A DNA stretch of 32,059 nt from Sphacelaria rigidula (Eukaryota). Below, piece after piece: positions 11,128 through 22,398 of the stretch. A program made the translations under genes and the position numbers. The DNA is taken from the NCBI GenBank assembly GCA_964200075.2, contig CAXNAA020000041.1, positions 1 through 32,059 on the forward strand, read 5' to 3'. Each line of letters starts with the position of its first letter. The stretch's first letter is position 1. The notes beneath the pieces are model-generated. The model was not told where the DNA came from, did no database searches, and was given only the letters and a program-made list of their open reading frames with translations.

Positions 11128-12390
11128 CAAGGGTCTGTCGAGCGAAAATTTTCGGACACGTACGCCAACCCCCCCCGTCCCGGAAGGCATTTTTTCGAAA
11201 ATTGACATGATTTTTTTTTTTTTGTCGGGTTTCTCGCAAGGAATTGATTAATCGACACTGCCTTGATTATGTCTGTTGATTTTGTTACAAGAAATTGATT
11301 AATAAACGCTGACAAAAACGGAAAAGTCTGGTTGGCTTTGTTGGGTTCGTGTATCTGCTGCTCTTTGCCCGTTCTGTCCCGATGACCTCAGATGCCGGAG
11401 GGCAATTTTCCGACAACTAGAATTATCCTGTGGTTTTTCAATATTGTCTTTCCCTTGCTCAAAAAAAAAAATCAAATGACCAACCATCCCCAAATGACCA
11501 ACACCAACCATCCATCCATCCATCCATCCAATTAATTAATTAATTAATTAAATTTATATATATATATTATGATATTTATTGTCTTTCCCTTGCTCAAAAA
11601 AATAAATCAAATGACCAACCATCCATTCATCCATCCATCAATCCAATTAATTAATTAATTAAATTTATTTATATACATTCATTATTGTCTTTCCCTTGCT
11701 CAAAAAATAAATCAAATGGCCATCCATCCATCCATCCATCCATCCAATTAATTAATGAAATTTATTTATATATATATATATTCTTTATTCTCTGTTAACT
11801 TTGTTGCAAGAAATTAATCAATGAACACTGACAAAATCCGAAGAGGTTGGTGGGCTTTGCCGGGTTCATGTTTGCTTCTGCTCCTTTACATACATATTTA
11901 TATTTTTGCAATAGATGATATATAATATAAGGATCATATGTTATATATTATATAGCACGTATATATAAGTGTATATGATATAGTATATGCTGCCCCTTGA
12001 TGAATATTCACATCTATAATTATATGATGTATAAATATATTGTATATAATATATACAATATAGTACTTCGTATATATTAAGGAAAAGAAACATATGTGTA
12101 ATATAGACCTATAATATTGACCTACATTATATGATAATATGTAATATATTAAATATAGTATATTATGATATATAATATATAATGTATAATGTATAAGGAT
12201 CTCTACTGTCTACGGCAGCTGACCGCATCCGCCAACGCCTCGGCGAAAAACCAGGGGGCACACGGCTGGGTGTCCCCCTTCCCCCCCCCCACCCCCCCCC
12301 CCCCCCACCCCCCCCCCCCCCCCCGTCAAAAACTCGAATTTTTTATTTTGCGGCCTACGTGACCCGAAATATATTTTTGACAGACCCTTG
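11128..12390. mobile_element. Non-autonomous TIR DNA transposon with 7-bp TSD (P-superfamily-like), copy A
   Basis: TIR CAAGGGTCTGTC...GACAGACCCTTG. Exact TSD CATACAT at 11121-11127 and 12391-12397. Subterminal arms are homologous to 24736-25314. Confidence 0.88.
11442..11785. repeat. Three tandem compound units: TATTGTCTTTCCCTTGCTC-A-run-(CCAT)n-(TAAT)n-(TA)n
   Basis: Unit starts at 11442, 11577 and 11683. Confidence 0.9.
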
Positions 12391-12650
12391 CATACATCCA
12401 AAAAATAGGTGATTTGGTGGAAAACATCGGCGTTCTGTCAATTAAAACGGCCACAAGCGAACGATGAGAGGATGAAGTGGCCGACTGTCGAGGTCAAACT
12501 GGGCACAAGATGAAGAAGTATGGCACACTAGCGACACTGATTAATTTCAGTCCCTTGAGCGAATCAACCGGGTGAACCTGTGACCCCCACACCTCGCGAC
12601 GTTGACACGGCGATCAGGGGAGCCAGTCATACTGTACCAACCATGATTAG

Positions 12651-13441
12651 CTAGGAAGCCATTCCACCGTCAGGTCCGCCGACCCTTCCTCCCAACAAAC
12701 ACTCAAGCGTAATCTCTCGACATGCATCGGCTATCGCGTGCGCTAACCCATCTGCCCGCCCCTCGTCAATACGTTCTTGATCGCCCTCAACAGCACTTGG
12801 ATTGTTCACTTTGACCTGGGAGCCCACTCGGTCATTGTCCAAACAACTGTCAGAATTCAACCAGACACACGGCACCCTGCCGACTTGTCCTTCAGAAGAT
12901 GCCCCACCGACGATATCCCGTTTTCGGAAGCTAGAGGCCATCAAACCGTGACTATCCCCACCGTCGTCTTCGACGCTGCCGCGAGCGACTCCTACTCGTG
13001 AAGTCCGAGATATATGTCGTCGTAGAATTTCACTTGCTTCTTCCGCAGGAACAGCGGCAAACGCTGCCGCAATAAGCCCTGCCTGTGACCCCGTTGATCC
13101 CTGCGAGTCGCTCGACACCCCATTATTTCGAAATCCCACTGCTCCTCTTTTTCCACCACCTCCGGCCACCTCTTCCTCTATTTCCATCGCCGCTCTCGTA
13201 AACAACGTTCTTGCCGTGGCCCAGTCACCCGCGAGTGACTGGCCGAGATGATTACGTTTGAAGCCAGCGGGACGCTCCCCTCCCGCCCTGTCTCCATCTT
13301 GGTTCCCGCCAAAAAATCGCCCCTCCACCTTGGAATCGTCGACAAAATTTTGTCCACTTGTACCGGCGACGATTGTTGGTGCGCTTACATTGTTATCTGT
13401 GTGGTATGCAGTTCGCGTGGTGCTGTCCGCATCCCCCGCTT
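12651..13441 (-). CDS. Ankyrin/Tudor-like gene, probable terminal exon (Gly/Ser-rich disordered tail)
   Basis: Long open frame to TAG 12653-12651. Pyrimidine-rich acceptor GCAG|AAGCGG at 13442/13441 is phase 1, matching all candidate upstream donors. Confidence 0.7.
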
Positions 13442-13718
13442 CTGCCTCAAGCGAGGACATCGTGGACACGGTGAGAGTAGCGGTGAAACAGCGCAACAAC
13501 GCAGTGAATTCGGTTATGAACTCAAGCATGGGGATGCACAGCACATCTTCAAGCACACAGAGCAGAGCTCCATACAATAACCTAGTTCCTGCTATACCAC
13601 CCACATTGAGTTATCGCTAGAGTTACCAGCTCTGCACCACACCGATTCAGGGCCCGAGTACAGAAGCGCACGTACGCAAAGCAGCGGTTGGGTAACACGA
13701 TGTGGTTTCTGTCCCCAC

Positions 13719-13902
13719 CTTGCCTAGAGCCCGACTCGCAATACTCGGTGGTCCCCATCTGCTCAGTTTGGGCACCTTCCCAAGTACCATCCTCGTTGAG
13801 ATGGCCAGAGTTCCTGACAAGGTGGTTGGCGTCGGTCTGTCTCTCTCTGCCGGTGGAGTTCACCCGTATGGTGTAGTAGGGATCCTCATCATCGCGATGC
13901 AC
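13719..13902 (-). CDS. Ankyrin/Tudor-like gene, exon with the second half of the Tudor/SH3-like module (VHRDDEDPYYTIRVNSTGRERQTDANHL)
   Basis: Acceptor AAG|GTG at 13903/13902, phase 0. Donor is ambiguous among exon ends 13788, 13776 and 13719 (all phase 1). Confidence 0.78.
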
Positions 13903-14343
13903 CTTCATCACCAACCAGTGGTGGGGATTGTTTACCACACGGAGGAGGCCAAACGAGGCATCAGTAAACTAAAGGGAGTGACTATGTGATATGCGAGGGA
14001 GAGGTGAAACGACGGACTGTGACGCAGGAATAGACAGGAATGTGCCCACCTTGTACTAGAAAACGCAGTCTAATGATATGTGCATCACACGCTGCTAGTT
14101 CCTCCAACTCGGCTCTTGTAATTCCCTTCCGAGGGGCTATTGACACGTGTTTTCCAAAGAGGAACAAACACATGGAGCCCTCACAGCGATAAGCTCAAGC
14201 TAGATCTCATACTGGCGGGCGTCAACCGGTGCGACACATGCGAGCTCGTGTTACGCGACGACCATCCAGAGAACATAAGGCACCCAATGAGGGGTAACCA
14301 ACGCAGCGAGGAACGCGGAAGAGAAGAGCAAGAACCGCGGTAC

Positions 14344-14402
14344 CTGCATGACCGTGGCCGGATGATGGTCTCCATCTCGCACATAGAACACCTCGTCTCC
14401 CT
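14344..14402 (-). CDS. Ankyrin/Tudor-like gene, 59-nt exon (EGDEVFYVRDGDHHPATVMQ)
   Basis: TTGTCCGCAG| acceptor and CAG|GTACC donor. Phases 1 and 0 fit both neighbouring exons. Confidence 0.82.
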
Positions 14403-14654
14403 CTGCGGACAACAACGAAGCCAGTATCGTGTGTTGCACACGTGCGGGTACGAACGGGGGACGGGAAACCCGAAGATCAGACGAGGTGCAAAAAGTTGCC
14501 GATACATGATGGGTACGGAGACGCCTGTTGCACAGTAGGGACTTCGCCGCCTCAGCAAAAACGTCCGCAGACACATTGCAATGGAATACGCTGCCTATCC
14601 CGTGAGACATGGCAGCGTACAAATATGCACCACTTCTGGTACTGGACGCGTTAC

Positions 14655-14958
14655 CTTCGTATGCGACTTTTCCCCCGCGCGCCGCCGTCAGCCGTTTTTC
14701 TTCCGCGGCTTCGACCTCCGTCTTCTCAACCACAGCGAGTGCCTCTGCCCCCTCCAGCAAATCCACCATCTCGGCCCCTTCCCGACTACCACTCCCAAAA
14801 CGGCGAGCAAGATCGAGAGGGGTTTCCCCAGCGGCGTTTTTCGTGAGGGGATGTGCTCCTCTGGCCAAAAGCAATCGAGCGGCGTCGGGGGTTCCGCTTG
14901 CCGCGGACGCATGTAACGGCGTCTCTCCTCCGCGTCCAACGGTTCTCACCGATACCCC
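14655..14958 (-). CDS. Ankyrin-repeat exon (GETPLHASAASGTPDAARLLLARGA...GETPLDLA) plus helical linker
   Basis: Canonical ankyrin G-TPLH-A motif. Acceptor ACAG| and donor GAAG|GTAACG; 304 nt, phases 0 and 1. Confidence 0.9.
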
Positions 14959-15450
14959 CTGTTTGTTTTTGGGAAATGTAGGCGGGGGAGCAAAGAGTTT
15001 CACAGTAGTCACCACCTCTGTCGTGGAACTCCACGGTTGGTTTCGGATGGTTGTTTCGCGACTAGATTTTTCGGTGGATGGCCAGGATGCCATAAGTTTT
15101 CAACGGCGGGTGCTTCTACGCGAGGAGGTCAGTGTAACAGGGCAGATTGGGATAAATGACATAGACACGGGCTCGTTGAGCGATCTCATCATCTGCAGAC
15201 CTGAAAATGCCTCCCGGATCATGTGGACCACTCAAACACTCCGACCCAACGCCCCAGAAAACACTCACAAGCCGTAGTTCTCATCGTGGGAAGGTCCGCG
15301 TGACGTTCTGATACGACTATTACTCCCCTGAATTACTGCCCATGGCTCCTGAAACGGGTTTTAGAATTTGAGGATGATTTTGTTTTCAAGGATGAACCTT
15401 GGGAACCTGCATGAACAACGAGATATTTTCTACAGTCCGTGCAAAAATAC

Positions 15451-15593
15451 CTTCGCCACTAGAGACACAAGATTGTCGAGCATACTCCGGCTTGCGGCGT
15501 AGTGCAGAGGGCAGAGCAGCGTGAGCGTGGTTTCTGTCTTGGCGAGATCGATCGGAGTTTTACCCTTTATGTTCTCCTGGTTGGGACTCGCGC
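15451..15593 (-). CDS. Ankyrin-repeat exon (GASPNQENIKGKTPIDLA...PLHYAAS)
   Basis: Ankyrin motifs. GCAG| acceptor and AAG|GTATT donor; 143 nt, phases 1 and 0. Confidence 0.9.
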
Positions 15594-16294
15594 CTGCTTT
15601 CGAGGCATCCACACAGCAGCGCAAACCGGATATCGGAGAAATAGAGGCACAGGAGGGAGGAAGCAGGGCAGCGTTGAGGTGCTTTACAGCATTATGAACA
15701 TGTCTCTGGACCACCAATTTTCTCCAAGCCGCGTTTGAAGTTGGCTCATGCAGTGGCATCGGCACATGCGGAGCGAGTAACTTTTCCCGGAGAACGCTTA
15801 ACGGCCAGTGCATCGAGGTGCTTGTCAGCGTCTCTCTTCACTCACACATGGCAGTTACCCGTTCACGACTTAGCGGAGTTATCACACGCGTGCGCATCGT
15901 TGTGCGACATGTATCGTTTCCAAAAGTATCTCCATGGCACTGGCCATACACTACAAACGACCACCGCTCGAACAGGCTCAATTTTGGCTATATAAAACCC
16001 CGCGGCCTCTAGAGGGTTCGTGCATCAGACATGGAAAGGTATCTGTCGCGGCCTAAAACCTACTCATGAACGAAAAATACAGGCCACAGTTGACGTACTT
16101 CGTAAAACAAGAACCACTGAGCTCCTGTGGCAGCCAGGACCGCGTAGCTCAGAAGCTCAGTGGCTATTGTGACGTCACAAACAACTGATCCTATTAATAG
16201 GGGTATCACCAAGACCACCGTAGTATGCCCCCCAGCAACACATAATCGAAAGAAAATTCCACTTCCAAGGAAAATGACAATGCGAACGCGTGAC

Positions 16295-16490
16295 CTGCTC
16301 GCATGAGAACGGCCACAGCGCCGTCTTGTTTGTTGTACGCCGCCAAATGCAGCGCGGTGTTCCCCTCGGCACCCATCGCGTCCACAGGTATTCCCGCCGC
16401 AAGCAACGCCCGCACATTGTCTGACAGCCCGAGCATTGCGGCCAAGTGAATGGGTCGCAGCCCTCGAGAATCGGGTGCGTTGAGATCAGC
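16295..16490 (-). CDS. Ankyrin-repeat exon (GLRPIHLAA...GNTALHLAA...LMRAG); most 5' exon found
   Basis: Two canonical ankyrin repeats. CCACAG| acceptor and CAG|GTCACG donor; 196 nt. Confidence 0.9.
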
Positions 16491-17499
16491 CTGTGGACGA
16501 CAATATCGAAGAAGTTTATCGAAGCAGTTGGTGGCAAATCTCATGAGTGGCGAGACGGGTGAACTAACGCAGTGTTTCGAACATTTTTTTCCCCCCGTTA
16601 CCCTCTAATTCCCGTCCGTTTCTCGGGAGGACTCCGTGGTCTCAGGGGATCAAGCCATCTCTCCCCGGTACACGCCTCGCGTTTCGGTCTAGCGGGTTGG
16701 ATCATGAGCAACACTCTCGCACCGCGTCGGCTCTCGTTGAACAAACTTCGTTAACTACTTTTTGCTACTCATGCCCTCACTCACAACTTCAGCAGCAGAA
16801 GTCAGATTATTTGGAGATAAAAACCCGAACGAATCTGGCGAAAATCGAACTCCCGTTCCTTCCACCGCGATGGTGTTAGTTGTATCATTTAATTTTCACC
16901 GGCGGGGAGCGGTGGCATCAAATTTGGGACATCCTGTGAAAAGGGGGGGGGCGTGCACGACGTTTTCATCGTAAAACAGTGTACTGCGTACAGTATCGAC
17001 AATTGTGTCTAATGCAATAGACAATACATTCCATACATATACTGTAAGGAGTACACTTTTCGGCACAATAACGTTTTGTCATTGTCCACGGTGTGCAGCG
17101 TGGTCATATTTCCACACAAGCGTCATTTTCTTCTCTTCATGCCGTTGAACTCGGGGAGGCTACTTCTCACATGTTTCCTTGGCTTCTCTTTTCTTATTCT
17201 TATTTTGGTGATGTTTCAGTTGATTGCTTTTGTTCTTGTTATTAGGCTGGAGTCTCGGAAAAAAATGACGAGGACTCCATGTCTTGTAGGGAATACGAAG
17301 GATGATATTGGAAAGACGAGCCCATGTCTGTGACCACGAGTTCGAGAGATCGGACTAATGTGCATACCCTGGACAATAGAATACACGGTCAAAAAATGTA
17401 TTGCGTACAGTATGGAACATGACAACGAAAGAATTCAAATTGTACATAACATGCACAGCCTCGAAACAGATGACGGAGTAAAAGGTTGCGTCTTGGCAA

Positions 17500-18285
17500 A
17501 TTATTTTTCGATCGAAAAAGTGCAGCGGAGAGATAGAAACAATTCCGATCTGATAGGTCTGCATTCATGTCCACGTCATTAACTGATGTTGAGATGGCGA
17601 CCTATTTGATCGGATTATTTTTTCTTTTCCGCCGCACTGTTTCGATCAAAAAAAAATGTTGAGACATGACCTCAGACCATTTTTCTATGGTAAGACAAAG
17701 ATATGTACTGAACGGTCACACTAATGAAGATTTCGTTGAGCCGTTACAAGTTGTACCGCAACTTACGATAGATCTGAAATTCACACAATGACCACACCGA
17801 AAAAATTGAGAGAGTTGAAATCACGACCCATCACATCGGGATATTTGTTTCCCACCGCACACTTTCGATCGAAAACAATGTGCCAAGACACGCCATTAGC
17901 TCGTCAATTTTCGATCGAAAAAGTGTGGTGGAAAACGAAAATCCCGATCTGATAGGTGGGGATTTCAACCATTTAAAAAAAACAACGATGGTTGAAAACC
18001 ACGACCCATCATATCAAACTTTTCTTTTTCCACCGCACATTTTTTATCGGAAAATAATGTGCTAAGATACGCCCTAAGGTCCTGTCCTCACATGAGTTTT
18101 CGATCGAAACAGTGCGGTGGAAAACAAAAATCCTGATCTGATAGGTCGTAATTTCAACAATCGTCGTTTATTTCGAAGATGGTTGAAATCATGACCTACC
18201 AGATCAGGGTTTTTGTTTTCCACAGCACTTTTTCGATCGCAAAATAGTGTGCGAAGATATGCCCTAAGCCGCGTCTTGTCGAGGC
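17500..18285. repeat. Array of about 7 mostly alternately oriented 60-bp units (foldback-like)
   Basis: Unit TTTCGATCGAAAAAGTGCGGTGGAAAACAAAAATCCTGATCTGATAGGTCGTGATTTCAACC with CGATCG-type anchors at about 17509(+), 17643(-), 17866(-), 17912(+), 18044(-), 18101(+), 18234(-). Confidence 0.85.
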
Positions 18286-18490
18286 GAAGAAAGAACTCCC
18301 CCATAAGGCGATTAAGGCAGCTAGCGAACCTGCACACAACGACCACTTTCGGTCTCACGGCCAGCTCTTACCGGAGCTATACAGAATTAAAAAAAAAAAA
18401 ATGGACAATTTTGATCGACTTTTTTTTTCTGCCGCGATTTTGAATGGATGGAGACAACACGACAACATATCTGGGACCAACTGATATGAG

Positions 18491-18964
18491 TGTTGCTCAG
18501 ACCGACTCTAACGGGAGCCGTTCAAAATTCCTGTTTAAAGCTGCCTTTTTTGCCCTTCCCCATCGGTTCACGTCTGAAAAGAGGGCTAGGCGGATATTGA
18601 CGCCTCTTGCTCTTGAGACCGTTCCAGGGCAACTTTGCATTTCCTGCTAGCTGCACTTTGTTCTTCACCAAACACGGATTTTAAATAAAAAACGGTCAGG
18701 CGATAAAAAAAGGGGAAAATTTTGATCCCTGACCGTTTTTTACTGAAAATCCGTGTTTGACCTGGTTTGGCCAAAAACGAAACTGCAGCCAGCGGGAAAA
18801 GCAAACTTACCCTGGAACGGTCTCAACGAGTAGAGCAAGTCATTCCAAGGCGTCCACATCCGCCTAGCCCTCTTTTCGGGACTAAATCTACGGGGAAGGG
18901 CCCATGAGGTGGTTTTCAACAGGCATTTTGAACGGCTCCCATTAAAGTTGGCCTCAAAGCAACA
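18491..18964. repeat. About 474-bp imperfect palindrome (hairpin/foldback element)
   Basis: Arms pair throughout: GGGAGCCGTTCAAAAT/ATTTTGAACGGCTCCC, AAAAGAGGGCTAGGCGGAT/ATCCGCCTAGCCCTCTTTT, TTGAGACCGTTCCAGGG/CCCTGGAACGGTCTCAA, AAAAACGGTCAGG/CCTGACCGTTTTT. Centre about 18715. Confidence 0.92.
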
Positions 18965-18974
18965 TTTTTTTGCC

Positions 18975-19445
18975 GTTTGTGATGGCCGGTGTCTTTTTGC
19001 TGCGATTATGAACGGAGACAAACAAACATGTCTTGGATAAACTTTTACGGGAAGCGTTCAAAATAACAAATTTGGCCGATTGTAATCGGTGTTTGTTTTT
19101 TTGCCGCGATTTTGATCGGAGACAAAAAAACATATGTTGGACCAACTTTTACGAGAGCGATTCGAAATAAAAATTTGGGCGATTTTGACCGTCGTTTTTT
19201 TCTTGCCACGATTCTGAACGGGGGCAAAAAAACATGCCTTCGACCAACCATGTTGCGAATCGTTCAAGATAAAATCTCGGCCGATTGGGATCGCAGTTTC
19301 TTTTCTGAAATGATTTTGAACGGAAACAAAATAACATCTCTCGAACCTACCATTACGGAAGCCGTTCAAAAGTAAAATTTGAGCCGATTTTGATTGCTAA
19401 TTTTTCTCTGCCGCCATTTTGAGCGGAGACGAAAAAACACATATA
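18975..19445. repeat. Minisatellite with about 103-bp period, about 4.5 diverged units
   Basis: Anchor GA(A/T/G)CGGAGACA-like at 19010, 19114, 19216, 19318 and 19421. Dispersed monomers at about 18405-18482 and 26985-27080. Confidence 0.88.
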
Positions 19446-19759
19446 GCGGCACAAAATCAGAGCTGCTCACACGAAGTTGTCGTCATCTATGGGTGTTGCA
19501 CCTACTTGTACAGCAGTACGTGAAGCCGAAGAAGACACAACGGCTGCACAGTCATAACGTGAATTTTTTTCACCAATGTTCCATGAGTATCCTTTCTTTG
19601 CATCGAGTCATGACATTTGTTTTTAGAAATTTCAAGTCGCTCAAACTTTCCGTTTGTCTGTTTTCTCGGGAATTTTCGCCACCTTTCGCGTGTTGATATG
19701 TTTTCGTATCAGATTTTTTAGCTCCCAAGATCTATAAATTAACCAGGGCTAAACTGTTC

Positions 19760-20415
19760 AACCGTAAACAGGGATGCTTGACTGACCCAGCTCGTAGCTG
19801 TGTCTGTATTGTGGTCTGTTCAGACCTTGCGAAGACGGTATGGTTTTCTTGCTCGAAATCGCATACATACGCTACTGTACTGCTGTTGTATGCCGCTCCG
19901 TACAAGACAGGTGTAGTTGGCATGCCGCGCTGTGTGTGGTCAACGTTGAAAATGCCATGATGTGTCCGTTGGGTGTCATGTCTTTCGCACCGAAAAAGGC
20001 CGTTCGTGCTCAAAGCCATTATGCTTGTGCGACAGCTGACACCGTAGTGTGTTGCGTTCGAACCCTGCGAGGACGGTTTGATCTGCGCTGGGGATGAACT
20101 GAAGTGCTGTACTGTTGTATCCCAGTCGGTACAAAAATTATAGTTTCGGCACGCAGTGCTGTCTACACACTGTTGAAAACCTCATGGTGTGTTGGCTGTT
20201 GTATGTTCTGCAAAATGAACAGGGCGCTTCGTGCCCACACCCGTTTTTTCTGTGCTGTACTTGTCGCTGTATTTTGGTGCATTCGAACCATACGAGCACG
20301 GTTTAATCTGCGCTCGAGCTTCCCTGAGCTGCTGTGCTGCTGCTGTCTTCCGGTCTGTATAGATTTGAGGTGGGAAAAAAGTGCCGTCTATACAACGTTG
20401 AAAAAAGTCACGTTG
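19760..20415. repeat. Tandem repeat with about 226-bp period; dispersed inverted copies at about 27178-27390 and 28480-28800
   Basis: GTTGAAAA anchors at 19945, 20172 and 20397. 20145-20200 is reverse-complement similar to 28482-28534. Confidence 0.8.
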
Positions 20416-21081
20416 CGTGTAGCAAGGTCCTCATGACATTTCGGCTCAAAAATCCTGAAATTGGGCCGGACATTGGACTTTTCATGTGACAGCGCAATTG
20501 CGATCGCGAGTACTGTTGAAACCCGGAAATCACCAGAAGTTGCAGCTGGGCGACTTGAGGGCGACGTTTTTTCTCACCAGCTTGCAGGGCTTGTTTCTGG
20601 GTGTTGAGAGATGGAACTTGACATACAATTCATACCAACAAGACTCGGGACATCATGGCAGAACTTCTTGAGAAAAAAGAAAAGGAACGTTGATTCAGAG
20701 CCCGTACGAAAATCTGACAAAAATTGGAATTCTCCCACCTCAACGAACCCACAAAAATTATTCGGAACGTCCAGTCAGGGGTCAAAAACTCACACGTCTA
20801 GAAGGCCCATATGAAATTTTGATTCGAAATTGATTCACATCGCGCAGCGCATTTCATATTTTTGAATTAATAGTTAATTTTCAATCGCGGGTACAGAAGG
20901 AAGACTCGTACACGATAGTGAAGTATAAAATAGGAAGAGCGCGGTGTGGAGAAAAGACGAGTTGGGAAGGCGGTGGGTCCATGGGTACGGGCCGAATTTC
21001 ATAACGCATGCACTGATTTCATGTAATTTAATTAAGATTATTATCAGTCCCTCTCTACGTTTCATAACGCATTTCATCACA

Positions 21082-21211
21082 CCCTGGACAAAATATTATG
21101 TTGTCAAAAAGTGTGCTGCGTACAGGATAGAATCCATTGTCTTTTGCAATAGGCGCAATAGTCGATACTGTACGCAGTGCACTTCTTGATTGTGTATTCT
21201 TTTGTCCAGGG
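21082..21211. mobile_element. 130-bp MITE, TA-flanked (Tc1/mariner-like)
   Basis: CCCTGGACAAAA...TTTTGTCCAGGG termini plus inner TGCGTACAG/CTGTACGCA pairing. Flanks CA|...|TA. Fragments at 16980-17032 and 17367-17418, the latter preceded by TA. Confidence 0.75.
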
Positions 21212-22398
21212 TATGCGTTTCATAACGCAAACTCGATTTTAGTATGAACTCCGTCACACTTGTGATCACCGGCCTTCTGCAGCCCGCAGCCGCAGTACAG
21301 GACCGTGCTGGGGAGAGATGGTATCCACGACAACAACGGCCTCACAAGGAGTGTTTTGTCTTTCCGTATACGGGTTGGTGTACCAAACGTTCGCTATGAG
21401 CGTCGTCGTGTCTGCGGTATGATTGCGGTGGCCGGGGCTGGCGCTGCAATCTCCATTTGCGTTCAACTTGCTCTTTCTCGTGTACCCTCCACGGGTTTGG
21501 ATACGGGCCTTGCATGAGATCAGACAGTGCTATCGTCGTCATTGTGCGTTGCTTCATGCTCCCGGACAGCACAACCCCGAGAAAGGACTATATCAGCATC
21601 AATGCTGCTGGCGCCCTATTGTTGGTCGTCGTGCCTTTGTTCTGGGTGGTTCGTGTTGATCGGTGCCGTACAGATAACAGCACTCACGCGAGCCCACCGC
21701 CTGGCCAGGGTTGGCGTATCTTGCGGTAAAGATTCAGTCGGTGCCGCGCCAGAAAATATTTCGAGATGTAATGGCGAAGACGACCAAGAACTATACACAC
21801 CGAACATAGGACAGCTGACGTAAACATGTATCTCTCTTTCGTGTGCGACCCCGTGTGCTAGAGCAGCGCCTCCTTTCGAAGGTGTACCGTAAGCTTGCTT
21901 CATGATGACATGGTGCTTGTGAAAATATCATCGAGGTACTGTACTGTTCTGGGCTGTAGCCAGCAGGCAGAGGGAAATGAAGCGCAGACCAGGCATGGAC
22001 ATGAAAAAAAAACCCAAATAATTCAACCTTGTTGATCTCTCTGCGGTACATGGGGCTTGAGTAGCGCACGTGTATACACCTACACAGAAATCCCGGGTTA
22101 AATCCGTTCGAGAATCATGGACAACAATGAAAACATAGCTGATTTGAGTTTAATTATTTCATAACGACTCGTACCCATGAACTCGGTGCCGTTGGGAAAC
22201 ACCGTACTCAATGACAGCATCGCTGAAACTACGCTAATCGAACAGCGGCAGAGCGTGCCATCACTACGACATGCTTACATCCGGCTTATTCGGGAAACTG
22301 AAAAAGCCAGCGTGTGCCGAACGAATGCAGCTGTCTTGGCTGGCCCAGCTCGTACCGCACATGACAGACACAGTGTTGTTCTTTCGGACCATTTCTGT

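Noticed and set aside
13442..13604. Hydrophobic N-terminus of the 317-aa ORF as a standalone membrane protein
   Set aside because: Better explained as intron sequence before the phase-compatible acceptor at 13442, although not proven.
14609..15277. 222-aa plus-strand ORF; similarly 5897-6733 and 13248-13620
   Set aside because: Antisense shadows of the minus-strand exons.
16130..16165. GTAGCTCAG tRNA A-box-like motif
   Set aside because: No cloverleaf or B-box follows.
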